The notes below the pieces were generated by a model. It did no database searches. It saw only the letters and a program-made list of their open reading frames with translations, and was not told where the DNA came from. This document shows positions 25,301 to 32,977 of a stretch of DNA of 46,620 nt, piece by piece; position 1 is the stretch's first letter; the number at the start of each line of letters is the position of its first letter. The stretch is from the NCBI GenBank assembly GCA_045542155.1, contig JAZQKM010000091.1, positions 1-46,620 on the forward strand, given 5' to 3'. The DNA is from Eubacteriales bacterium (lineage in GTDB: Bacteria > Bacillota > Clostridia > Oscillospirales > CAG-272). A program made the translations under genes and the position numbers.

Positions 25301-28000
25301 CAGGCCACGATAGGTTGCGGGAATGGTCAATTCGGTCACAAGAGCGATTCTCGCGCCCTTGGATACGGCATAAACGTCCTTGCCGTTTACTCTGGTAGGA
25401 GTGAAAGAAAGTGTTTCATCAACCCAGAATGCATAGAGCTCCTTGCCCTCGGTGAGGCTCCAGGGAGCAAGGCTGTTACCGCTGCCATCGGTGTACTGAA
25501 CACCCATACCGTAAGGAGCGGAGAACCAACCGCCAAATGCACCTGCAACACTGCTTGCTGTGGGAACAGTAAGGGTGTAGTTGCCGTCGAAGCTTACCCA
25601 ATCGGAGGTAAGGGAGCCGGTTCCGCCAACACCGTAGTTGTAGATGATTTCGTATTTCTTTGCACTATAATAACCGTAAAGCACGATATCGCCGCTTTCG
25701 GCAAAAATAGCATCATTATAAGCCGCACCGTTGCTGGTTGCGCCGCCGGGAACGTTGTACCAAGCTACAAAATTATAACCTGCCTTCTCGGTGGTGGGGA
25801 GAGTGATGGGATCACCTACAGCCTTGAATTGGTTATCAACAGGCTCGCCGCCAAGTGTATCAAAGATAACACGGTGCGCGGTTACGGTGGTGGTAGCCCA
25901 ATCGGAAACGTTCTTGCCATCAACAAAACGAACCTTTACGAGGTTTTCACCCTTCTTATTCAGGGTTACGAGTGCGGAATATGCACCGCCCTCTACTCGA
26001 ACGATCTCGCCGTCGTTTACCTGGATCTCATAGTACTGTGCTCCGATAACGGGAGTCCAGCTGAGCTTGCCGTTGGCATAAGAAACCTTTTCATTCAATT
26101 CATAGTAGCACGCTACGAGCGCATCGGATACCAAAGAATCGGTAGTGCCCTTTGCCTGAACAGTGAGCGTGTATTCCAAGCCTTCGATAACATCTAATAC
26201 AGAGGTAAGATCGAAGGCGGTGGTTGTGCTTTCATATGCGGTACCATTTACGGTTACCTCATACTTCTCTGCTCCGGCAACTGCATCCCAACTAAGGACG
26301 TTACCGTTAAGAAGAAGGTTTGCGGGAGTACCGAGAACAGCCTTGTTGAATACATACTCGGATGCTGCGGGAGAATTATAACCTTCGGATTTAGCATAAA
26401 CCTTAACAACGATGCCACCTTCAAGAGCATCACATTCCTTAAGGCTTACATATGTCTGAGTACCAAAGTTAACAAAGTCATGGTTGTGTGCAGAGTTGCC
26501 GCATTTAACCGAAACCATGTAACTCTCTGCAGAAGCAACCTCGTTCCAAACAAGGGTCTGAGTTGCTTCGTCAAAGCGGAAACCGCTAACGCTATCAAGA
26601 TTCTTGGTAACTGTAAATACGTCAGAAGTAGAGGAAGCGTAGCCATCTGCTACTGCGGTAACGGTAAATTGAATACCGCTTGCAGTCATGGTGCAGTTGG
26701 CAAAGTTGAAGGTTCTGGAAGAACCGTTATCAAATGCAGTGTGGTTATGTTCGGGATTACCGCACACTACAGTAATAAGATACTTCTCTGCATTTTCAAC
26801 AGTGTTGAATACGAGAACAGAGCCGTCTACAAAGAACTCAGAAACTTTAGTGAGAGCCTTGTTTACATAATATCTTGTAGCAACGGAGTCGTTCTGCTCT
26901 CCGGAATTTGCCTTGGCAGTAACAACGATCTCGTATTTGCCTGCACTCCAATCGCCAAAGGAAACATTCATAACGGTTGCGGCAGTGGAAGCATCTACCA
27001 TAACCTCTCCGTCCTCTGCAATGATCTTAACATCGTAAGCTCTTGCGTTTTCAACAGAATTCCAGCTGATGTTGTTTGCCGTAACATTAACGATCGGCAC
27101 TGCAAGCTTGGAATCGGTAGGCTTTGCTGTCCAGAGCGCAAAGAGCGTGATGTTTGCGTTGATGGACATATTGTCCTCATACTTGTAGGAAAGTTTGTTA
27201 CCGTCGGATTCGGTGCTAAACCACCAACCGCCAAAGGTATAGCCTTCTCTATCAAGGACAGGCAGATCAAAGAGCTTGCCGCCTGTAGTGATTTCATCTG
27301 CCAGCACAGCAGCATCTTCGTAGTTTGCATCCAGCTTTACGGTATATTCCTTGCCGGTAACGCTTTCAGCGATCCATCTTGCATAAACGGTCGTGTCAGC
27401 GGTTACGGGAGCAGAGCCAAATGCGTAAGCATTCTTAAACTCAGCGTCTGCATACCAACCGACAAATACAAAGCCGGGACGGGTAGGATCCGCAGGCTTG
27501 GATGCGCCCTTACCGTTGAGAACGGTTTGAGCAGCTACCTCACTACCGCCGTCAACATTGAAGCTAACGGTGTAGTTGAGCTTTTTCAACAAACGCATAC
27601 TTGCGTTGTTGTAGGTAAGGGAAATTACGTCACCCTCGTATGTAGCGGTTACGTCGCTAACACCTTCCGCGTTAAAGTCGAGCACAAGCTGACTGTCGGT
27701 AAGCGTATACTTACCCGCGCTGAGCTCGCCCTTTACATAAAGGGAAAACGTATCGCCAACATTAAGCGTTAACGTATTTTGGAAGTTTACATCATCAAAG
27801 TAGTAAACTCCGGCTTCAGGCCATTCGGTCTTGAATGTCTCGGTGTTGTTTGTACCGGGATCGTCGTCACCGGGACCATCGTCTGGCTTTCCGCCAAGAC
27901 AAATCCAAAGTACCACGCCAACGATAATTGCTACAGCAAGAACAGAAGCAGCAATTATGAGACACAGCTTTCGGTTTTTGAGTAAATTTTTGAATGTCAT
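19391..28000 (-). CDS. Giant (2869 aa) N-terminally anchored surface protein: Listeria-Bacteroides repeats, Fn3-like modules, ~1770-aa BspA-type LRR_5 array, PPC-like C-terminal domain
   Basis: TM LCLIIAASVLAVAIIVGVVLWICLG. Flg_new-type units (GFVFVGWYAD...VYARW; GYTFGGWW...LFALW; GYNFVAWY; NYIFNGWYDN...IYAKW). W..V..A..Y.V Fn3-like modules. LRR consensus IP..V..IG..AF..C..L from about aa 890 to 2658. GGAGAAAAAGCT RBS. Confidence 0.9.
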   Translation of the reverse strand: MTFKNLLKNRKLCLIIAASVLAVAIIVGVVLWICLGGKPDDGPGDDDPGTNNTETFKTEWPEAGVYYFDDVNFQNTLTLNVGDTFSLYVKGELSAGKYTLTDSQLVLDFNAEGVSDVTATYEGDVISLTYNNASMRLLKKLNYTVSFNVDGGSEVAAQTVLNGKGASKPADPTRPGFVFVGWYADAEFKNAYAFGSAPVTADTTVYARWIAESVTGKEYTVKLDANYEDAAVLADEITTGGKLFDLPVLDREGYTFGGWWFSTESDGNKLSYKYEDNMSINANITLFALWTAKPTDSKLAVPIVNVTANNISWNSVENARAYDVKIIAEDGEVMVDASTAATVMNVSFGDWSAGKYEIVVTAKANSGEQNDSVATRYYVNKALTKVSEFFVDGSVLVFNTVENAEKYLITVVCGNPEHNHTAFDNGSSRTFNFANCTMTASGIQFTVTAVADGYASSTSDVFTVTKNLDSVSGFRFDEATQTLVWNEVASAESYMVSVKCGNSAHNHDFVNFGTQTYVSLKECDALEGGIVVKVYAKSEGYNSPAASEYVFNKAVLGTPANLLLNGNVLSWDAVAGAEKYEVTVNGTAYESTTTAFDLTSVLDVIEGLEYTLTVQAKGTTDSLVSDALVACYYELNEKVSYANGKLSWTPVIGAQYYEIQVNDGEIVRVEGGAYSALVTLNKKGENLVKVRFVDGKNVSDWATTTVTAHRVIFDTLGGEPVDNQFKAVGDPITLPTTEKAGYNFVAWYNVPGGATSNGAAYNDAIFAESGDIVLYGYYSAKKYEIIYNYGVGGTGSLTSDWVSFDGNYTLTVPTASSVAGAFGGWFSAPYGMGVQYTDGSGNSLAPWSLTEGKELYAFWVDETLSFTPTRVNGKDVYAVSKGARIALVTELTIPATYRGLPVAFIAGNAFTNCSNLEVINLPETIEQISMISPFEGCSSLVAINVYDVEGVASPAFTSVEGVLLDIGTPSTTKIALVPMAKTGTFRIPEGVTEIPEAAFASSSISKVIITPEVTTIGREAFKDSASLTSVVFEVNSDGTSVPLTIGIRAFMNCTSLEKITLPARLTDIKLQRYSFDKNGINTTEGDSAFTGCTALASIAVASNSQNYMAIDSILYSKNGQNLLFVPASVQGTFVVPEGTKNIGAGAFIGCHFVTEVTLPGSLVLISECAFYGLENLEAITFNGVALNDLEVDKYAFMNCKVLETVTFNEGSRLGKLGESAFQGCESLKEFTFAATMSSVGASAFANCTALQTVNFVASQRTLSFGENAFMNCTGLKTVNLPANVSKIPGVFTGCSSLEAVNVDENSQYLTSVEGVVYDKAMTEIVFFPQGKSGDFELPATITSITNGVFQNVNLGTLTISNTVTFIGDDAFNSAKIDTFTFEGDATGTLTIGANAFRGADIGTLALPAHTVSIGDYAFYETVADSITLNEGIVSLGEYAFWGADLDLTVPASVKTIGAYCFGGYEDWWEGIEAYPNVTLTVENSQLETIGDSAFRENIFVEDLIIPASVKTIGNYAFMDCLSLGKVTFEADSVLETIGAFAFAYGSSWDASYDFTEITIPATVQTIGAYAFAYTKLESVVIEDGTADLVIGTTFADTYYNESMGMYETDIYRGNTFYYCEELKTVELPSRLTVLGNATFKYAGYYADELSITISGDNPRLTTIGEECFYNSNLASFVIPKSVHNLPAYTDPISGETYDRLGIGANAFYGLYDTLTSITFEMGGDLPLTIGANAFYNAALLESVVLPARLATYTSYTGDVITPLANGARVFESCDLLASVTVEDANGAYYTSVDGVLMTADKKELVFYPMARAGEFTVPSTVTKIHSYAFYEASDLTNLVFEGGSDDMYIGEYAFARCTGLTNVVLSNNVVSLGGQAFARCTELESLTLSEKLQSFHATIISNCSKLAAINVGANGQGVYFSSIDGVLYNADKSALIVYPLAKTNEELIVDANVKVIYTTAFANNTYITKVVLPEGLVEIQSNAFEFCYGLKEVNIPSTVQKIDTRAFYYCSALDTVTFTQGSDDLLIIGDNAFANTSSLKSIALPARLYSIGNNTFYLTGLESITFAENSALVEIGDYAFSQTPVIELAIPAGVVKIGNFAFFDCKALLSITFQEGLISIGDYAFAGSDELLSVSFPASLKTLGASVFYYYAYDEYTCSSLESVTFAPNSQLESIPAGTFAYTALKTFTVPASVTVIEGTETNPSYKMPSAFYEVTTLESVYFENGSQCAEIGAYTFESSSLKSIELPTSVSTIGMYAFRYCNSLESIVIPETVTNIGTGAFWQCRALTEVDLRSKTTELNDYLFYGCESLTEITIPASVSVIAVNAFEKAGLAAFNVDPRNTTYKAVDGILYTADGTGIVMIPAQMVITNFVVPNTVTSIGERLFYKLSSLETLVFEGGRTMPLTIGTEAFAECTNLRSIEFTEMITSIGVEAFYGCSALTTVTIPSDMTESVFVTELYYGEQYSGAFYYCSSLIEVCNKSQIELEPGSTKCGYLAAYAIRVYSEGESSVASNNGFTTITLENGDIYLLSYTGSETNVTIPEGITHIYAGAFGEGVEHVTFASTVKVVMSQAFYGSTVKTVTLNEGLEVIDEDAFYYSDLESLTLPTTVKKIGESAFYGSALQGSIALPESLETIGSGAFYYVEGMITFLVPVASAPEGWAADWNEYDYYDNHMVLWGFTGEEITYTFNTMGGSAVESITSAEPITLPAAPTRENYIFNGWYDNEACEGEALTGPYYNGTVTTIYAKWMTQEEFNAQFAGTSFEYAIELQLGETKTYFLAERWEEAYYKITVTESGNYTFSLIGGDTYMCGYDDPEGYYNWYNYSEWNGEDYVDNIKTGVSLEAGVTYYIVFYSYNDNTELTITVTKD

Positions 28001-28075
28001 AGCTTTTTCTCCTTGTGTTATTTATTTGCCTTAAGCGGCATTAAAAACTTTGAATGGAAGCGCTGCTTGGATATA

Positions 28076-28333
28076 TTATCTCAAAAACAGATAAAGAAGA
28101 AGTGCAGCAACGAAAAATGAAGCGACACACAGCAACAGAATTGGTCCGTAAACGGAAAAAGCAGCCGTTAGCATAGCCCATCTTTCTTTTCCTGTGGCGG
28201 ATATGCGATTTTTGCGTTTTTTGTCATATTCCTCCTGCTCCTCGGGGGTTCTTCCCTCAAGAGCAGCCATAGAATATACTGTATCTCCCTTATCCTCGAA
28301 ATAAACGATTTTTGCTTTTTTATTTTTCTTCAT
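28076..28333 (-). CDS. Possible 85-aa tail-anchored small membrane protein
   Basis: [17 protein letters not shown]...EEQEEYDKKRKNR... followed by a single C-terminal TM (WAMLTAAFSVYGPILLLCVASFFVAALLLYLFL). The ATG overlaps the last 14 nt of the ATPase gene. No obvious SD, so the call is tentative. Confidence 0.4.
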   Translation of the reverse strand: MKKNKKAKIVYFEDKGDTVYSMAALEGRTPEEQEEYDKKRKNRISATGKERWAMLTAAFSVYGPILLLCVASFFVAALLLYLFLR

Positions 28334-29369
28334 TTGTGTTAGAATGTTCGTTGTAAAGGTGACAAGTAACGTAATGTCCGTTACCGACATCGGTCATAGT
28401 AGGAGCAACCTCTCGACACTTTTCGGTGCAGAACTTACATCTTGTGTGAAATTTGCATCCCTTGGGGGGATTTGCAGGGCTGGGGATCTCGCCCTCAAGT
28501 GCTACAGGCTCAGATTTTTTATGAGGATTTGCTACGGGAACTGCAGAGAAAAGCGCCTGCGTGTAGGGGTGCTTTGCATTTGTGCAGATCTCCTTTGCGC
28601 TACCCATTTCAACAATGTTTCCAAGGTACATAACCGCAATATCATCGGAAATGTACTTAACAACCGAGAGGTCGTGCGAAATGAACATATACGACATTCC
28701 CTCTTCGCGTTGCAGCTTTTTGAGCAAGTTGATAATCTGTGCTTGAATAGAAACGTCAAGTGCCGATACAGGCTCGTCACAAATGACAAGCTTAGGCTTT
28801 ACCGCCAAAGCTCTTGCAATGCAGATTCTTTGACGTTGTCCACCCGAAAACTCGTGAGGATATCTATCATAGTGATGGGGTTGGAGTCCACATCTTGCCA
28901 TAACGCCTCTTACATAACTGCTGATTTCGGCTTCCGGAACAATTTTGTGAACTCTTACCGCCTCGCCGATGATAGCACCTACCGTCATTCTGGGGGGCAA
29001 AGAGGAATACGGATCCTGGAATACGAGCTGTAGCTCGGTGCGTAACTTGTAAAATTCCTTTTTGGAAATCTTCGCAAGGTCACGGGTGACCTTTTCGCCG
29101 TTTTCCTTTTCGGAAGAATAAAGCACGCTTCCCTCACTAACATCGTAAAGGCGAAGAATGGTTCTACCGAGTGTGGTTTTTCCGCATCCCGACTCACCAA
29201 CTATGCCAAGCGTTTTTCCGCGCTCAAGCTTGAAGGAAACACCGTCGACTGCACGAAGGAAAGCAGTCGGCTTGCCAAAGAAGTTGGTTGCTACGGGGAA
29301 ATACTGCTTCAGTCCATCAACCTCAAGAATATAATCCTTTTGGTTTGAAAGGTTGTTTTTCTCTTCCAT
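28320..29369 (-). CDS. Oligopeptide/dipeptide ABC transporter ATP-binding protein (OppF/DppF-like)
   Basis: Walker [10 protein letters not shown], signature [15 protein letters not shown], Walker [13 protein letters not shown], and a C-terminal oligo_HPY region with [14 protein letters not shown]...C. Confidence 0.93.
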   Translation of the reverse strand: MEEKNNLSNQKDYILEVDGLKQYFPVATNFFGKPTAFLRAVDGVSFKLERGKTLGIVGESGCGKTTLGRTILRLYDVSEGSVLYSSEKENGEKVTRDLAKISKKEFYKLRTELQLVFQDPYSSLPPRMTVGAIIGEAVRVHKIVPEAEISSYVRGVMARCGLQPHHYDRYPHEFSGGQRQRICIARALAVKPKLVICDEPVSALDVSIQAQIINLLKKLQREEGMSYMFISHDLSVVKYISDDIAVMYLGNIVEMGSAKEICTNAKHPYTQALFSAVPVANPHKKSEPVALEGEIPSPANPPKGCKFHTRCKFCTEKCREVAPTMTDVGNGHYVTCHLYNEHSNTNEEK

Positions 29370-30556
29370 CAGTTCTCTCCCCCTTTCTCATCGTATAGAT
29401 GGCAGAACACACTGTGCGTGGGGCTGAGCTTGATCTCCTTGGGGTAGCCCTTACCCTCACACTGAGCGCATCTTCTATCACATCTACCCTTGAACAAGCA
29501 CTCATCGGGAATGTTGATTGGATTGGGAACGTTACCGGGAATGCTGTACAGCTCCTCACCAACATCAGATGTCAGAGAAGGCTTCGCCCTTTGAACGCCC
29601 TTGGTATAGGGGTGCATAGGATTATCGAAGATCTCGTACACGGTACCCTTCTCTACGATCTTTCCTGCATACATAACCACCACGTAGTCTGCCATTTCTG
29701 CTACTACGCCAAGGTCGTGGGTGATCAGCATTACGGAAGCACCGCAATCCTTCTGTACCTTTTTGAGCAGATGCAAGATTTGGCTTTGAATGGTAACGTC
29801 AAGTGCCGTGGTAGGCTCATCTGCAATAATCAGCTTAGCATTGCCGGTCAATGCGATTGCGATCATAACTCTCTGACGCATTCCGCCCGAAAGTTGGTGA
29901 GGATAATAGTTTACCATTGTTTCCGGCATGGGAATACCAACGGTGGCGAGCATCTCGATCGCTTTTGCTCTCGCCTCCTCTTTGGTTGCCTCGGGATTAT
30001 TCAAATAGAATACCTCTTCGATTTGATATCCTACGGTAAATACGGGATTGAGGCTTGTCATAGGCTCTTGGAATATCATGGAAATATCCTTGCCTCTGAT
30101 GCGGCACATATCCAAAGTGGGCATTTTTGTGATGTCGTAACACTTATCATGCCCCTCTTCATCCTGACCGAGCTCCCCGGGGTTGAATTTGATCTTGCCG
30201 CCAACAACCTGCCCTTGCGGTGCTTGTACAAGTTGCATAATGGAAAGGCTGGTTACGCTCTTTCCGCAGCCAGACTCACCTACAAGACCAACGATGGCGT
30301 TTTTGGGAATGTCAAAGGATATGTTGTTTACTGAACGAACCACACCGTTATCGGTATAGAAGAAGGTTTCAAGGTTTTCCACCTCAAGAACGTTATCATT
30401 CGATCTCATGGTAGTGGTAAACTGTTCAGGGGTACGCTTTTCGCGCTTCATCTTTTCAAAGCGCTTCATCTCGCGAAGATTGCTCTTTATGATCGCGCGG
30501 CTCTCTTTGATGGTGAGAAGATTGGGGTTTTTAATATTCTTACTCATATCAATCAC
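29369..30556 (-). CDS. Oligopeptide/dipeptide ABC transporter ATP-binding protein (OppD/DppD-like) with an N-terminal extension and an internal insertion
   Basis: GESGCGKSV, LSGGMRQRVMIAIAL, LIIADEPTTALD, C-terminal HPYT..L and CLFKGRCDRRCAQC. About 50 extra N-terminal residues. Confidence 0.93.
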   Translation of the reverse strand: MIDMSKNIKNPNLLTIKESRAIIKSNLREMKRFEKMKREKRTPEQFTTTMRSNDNVLEVENLETFFYTDNGVVRSVNNISFDIPKNAIVGLVGESGCGKSVTSLSIMQLVQAPQGQVVGGKIKFNPGELGQDEEGHDKCYDITKMPTLDMCRIRGKDISMIFQEPMTSLNPVFTVGYQIEEVFYLNNPEATKEEARAKAIEMLATVGIPMPETMVNYYPHQLSGGMRQRVMIAIALTGNAKLIIADEPTTALDVTIQSQILHLLKKVQKDCGASVMLITHDLGVVAEMADYVVVMYAGKIVEKGTVYEIFDNPMHPYTKGVQRAKPSLTSDVGEELYSIPGNVPNPINIPDECLFKGRCDRRCAQCEGKGYPKEIKLSPTHSVFCHLYDEKGGEN

Positions 30557-31632
30557 CTCTTAGACTTGGGATCCATAGCATCACGCAAACCGTCGCCTAC
30601 AAAGTTGAAGGCAAGGACTGCAATAACAATCAAAAGGCCTGCAGGGATCCAAAGATTGGGATAATACTGCATTGTAATAGGATCGGTGGAGGATGAGATC
30701 ATCGTTCCCCATGCAGCATACGGAAGCGGAATACCCAGCCCGAGGTAACTCAATGTAGACTCATAAAGAATAATTCCGCCAAGACCGAGTGTCATGGATA
30801 CAATCAACTGCGGCATGATGTTGGGGACAAGATGCTTGAAAATTCTTCTCCAAGTGGGAATACCCATAACCTCACAGGCAACGATGTATTCCTGCTCACG
30901 CAAATAAAGGATCTGTCCTCTTACCATACGCGCTGTTCCGCTCCAACCAAATACGGTCATAATCAGCATCAAATAGTAAATTCTCATAGAGCTTTCAACG
31001 TCCCAAGAGTCTATAACTACAGATGCAATCAAAAGGATAGGAAGGGTGGGAATACAGTTGAGAATGTCAACAATTCTCATAATGAGCTGGTCGATCTTTC
31101 CGCCAAAGTATCCGGAGATACCACCCATAATAACGCCGATAATTGTTTCAAGAATAACGACTACAAAACCAAGGGTAAGGGAAATTCTACCACCGTACAT
31201 CAAACGGATAAAGATATCCATTCCCTTTTCGTCGGTACCGAGAATGTGAGACGAGGAAAGAGGTGCGTAGGAGTTGATACCTACCTCTTCCTCAACGAAT
31301 TGGATGATGGGATATTCATTTCCCTGTGCATCCTTTGTTGTAAAACCGAGCTCCATAATAGCTCGTTTAACCGTTGGCGTATGGTCGGTTTCGGTTTCAC
31401 TCCACTGATAGCCGAGCATATGCATAACGGGAGGTCCCGCAAATGCAAACACGAAGAGCACGACAAGCATAATAACGCCGACAAGAGAGAGGCGAGAACG
31501 GAAAAATCTTCGCATGACAACTCTGCCCGGAGACAATTCCTTGTAATATACCTCTTCTTGGACAAGTTCTTCGTTTTGAACCTCAAGATTTATGTTTTTA
31601 TTTTCTTCCATTGTTTTCTCCCTGTCGCTCAT
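30553..31632 (-). CDS. ABC transporter permease (OppC/DppC-like)
   Basis: BPD_transp_1 pattern (ILGTD..G.D...R..YG.R.SL, EAA-loop-like region REQEYIVACEVMGIPTWRRIFKHLVPN). The stop overlaps the next start by 4 nt. Confidence 0.9.
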   Translation of the reverse strand: MSDREKTMEENKNINLEVQNEELVQEEVYYKELSPGRVVMRRFFRSRLSLVGVIMLVVLFVFAFAGPPVMHMLGYQWSETETDHTPTVKRAIMELGFTTKDAQGNEYPIIQFVEEEVGINSYAPLSSSHILGTDEKGMDIFIRLMYGGRISLTLGFVVVILETIIGVIMGGISGYFGGKIDQLIMRIVDILNCIPTLPILLIASVVIDSWDVESSMRIYYLMLIMTVFGWSGTARMVRGQILYLREQEYIVACEVMGIPTWRRIFKHLVPNIMPQLIVSMTLGLGGIILYESTLSYLGLGIPLPYAAWGTMISSSTDPITMQYYPNLWIPAGLLIVIAVLAFNFVGDGLRDAMDPKSKR

Positions 31633-32948
31633 TACTTGGAAAGCTTAACTCTTGGGTCAACAACCGCATACATCAGGTCAGATAACAAAGTACCTATTAC
31701 CGTCAGCACCGCGAGGAACATATTGTATCCCATAATAAAGGGAACGTCACCCTGTTGCAATGCCTTGTATGCAAGTCGACCGATACCCTCGATAGCGAAT
31801 ACTTCCTCGGTAATCATGGCACCGCCGAACAGCGAGGGCAAAATACCTGCGAGAAGCGTCATAAGAGGGATCATTGTGTTGCGGAATGCGTGAACGTAAA
31901 TAACCTTCTTTTCAGAAAGGCCCTTGGAACGCGCGGTACGAATATAATCAGAGTTAAGAACCTCGAGCATATTGGTTCTCGTATAACGCATCAAACCGCC
32001 GATGGACAGTACAACGAGAACGAGCATAGGCAAAACGAGGTGGTGAGCCATATCAAGAAAATGTGCTATACCCTCACCGGCGCCACCCGCGCTTACAAGT
32101 CCGGAAACGGGGAACCAACCAAGCCAGCTTGCAAATACCTTGATAAGCAGTGCCGCAAAGAAGAACGAGGGCAACGAAATGCCTATCATAGTAATGATGG
32201 TAACCGTGTAATCAATTACGGAATATTGGTGAGTTGCGCTGACAATGCCAAGAGGAATGGCAATGGCAAATTGGAGAATCAAAGCAACAAGGGATATGGC
32301 AAAGGATATCCACATATGCTCGGCAATGACTTGGTTAACGGGGAGCTGATACAGGAAGGATTCGCCCCAGTCGCCCTTGAGCATATTGCCAAGCCACGAG
32401 AGGTAACCCTCAAATATTGCCAAAAACTTGTTCCAAACACTTGCCTCACTGTAATGCACATCGTACTCAGCGTCTCCTCTGAGAGAGGTGAGCGTTATCT
32501 TGCCGTCTTGTGCTACGTAAGTCCCCGAAGAAACTCGAGTGGACGTATCGCCAGAAAGCTCATACAACGCCCAACTCGAGTCATCCTTCAGCTCCAGCTT
32601 AAGCTCATCCTTCAAGGTATAAGTACCTGTGTAGAATTTCTTATAATCCGAGTATCCGTTTTGGAGGTCGCTATATGCCTTTACTTTTACGTCTCTTCTA
32701 AGCACTGCACCGTCGTGTGTTCCGCCGTGTACCGTTACGTCGAGATAGGCCTCGGGCATATAAAGACCGTATTTTTTCTTAAACTCGTCTATCTTTTCCA
32801 TTGTAATCGTTCCCTGCTGAATCTGGGCCGAAAACTTGTTTTCAAGATAATCGGTAGGCATCAATCTTACCAAACAATAAATGATGAGTGAGACGCCAAA
32901 AAGAACGATCACCGAAAGACCGAGTCTTTTCAGTATGTACTTTAACAT
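31632..32948 (-). CDS. ABC transporter permease (OppB/DppB-like) with a ~120-aa insertion in the first extracytoplasmic loop
   Basis: MLKYILKRLGLSVIVLFGVSLIIY start, and C-terminal SDYIRTARSKGLSEKKVIYVHAFRN typical of OppB. 438 aa against roughly 310 usual. Confidence 0.9.
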   Translation of the reverse strand: MLKYILKRLGLSVIVLFGVSLIIYCLVRLMPTDYLENKFSAQIQQGTITMEKIDEFKKKYGLYMPEAYLDVTVHGGTHDGAVLRRDVKVKAYSDLQNGYSDYKKFYTGTYTLKDELKLELKDDSSWALYELSGDTSTRVSSGTYVAQDGKITLTSLRGDAEYDVHYSEASVWNKFLAIFEGYLSWLGNMLKGDWGESFLYQLPVNQVIAEHMWISFAISLVALILQFAIAIPLGIVSATHQYSVIDYTVTIITMIGISLPSFFFAALLIKVFASWLGWFPVSGLVSAGGAGEGIAHFLDMAHHLVLPMLVLVVLSIGGLMRYTRTNMLEVLNSDYIRTARSKGLSEKKVIYVHAFRNTMIPLMTLLAGILPSLFGGAMITEEVFAIEGIGRLAYKALQQGDVPFIMGYNMFLAVLTVIGTLLSDLMYAVVDPRVKLSK

Positions 32949-32977
32949 TTTATTTTTCCTCTGCTACGAACTACGTT

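Noticed and set aside
21659-26197. Very long plus-strand ORFs (1512 aa here; also 40954-44355 at 1133 aa, 11824-13653, 32888-34759, 6809-8491, 5342-6730, 37810-38934).
   Set aside because: Each lies entirely antisense to a minus-strand gene that has clear domain motifs. Their translations are low-complexity (rich in C, G, K, N, V, R) with no recognisable motif and no RBS. These are shadow ORFs produced by the codon bias of the repeat-rich sense genes.
26480-26764. HNH nuclease motif in the giant protein (…EHNH…, …AHNH…).
   Set aside because: The H-N-H triplets sit in Fn3-like extracellular modules bounded by cysteines, without the beta-beta-alpha-metal context (no CxxC pairs or conserved Asn spacing). 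The match to an HNH endonuclease is coincidental.
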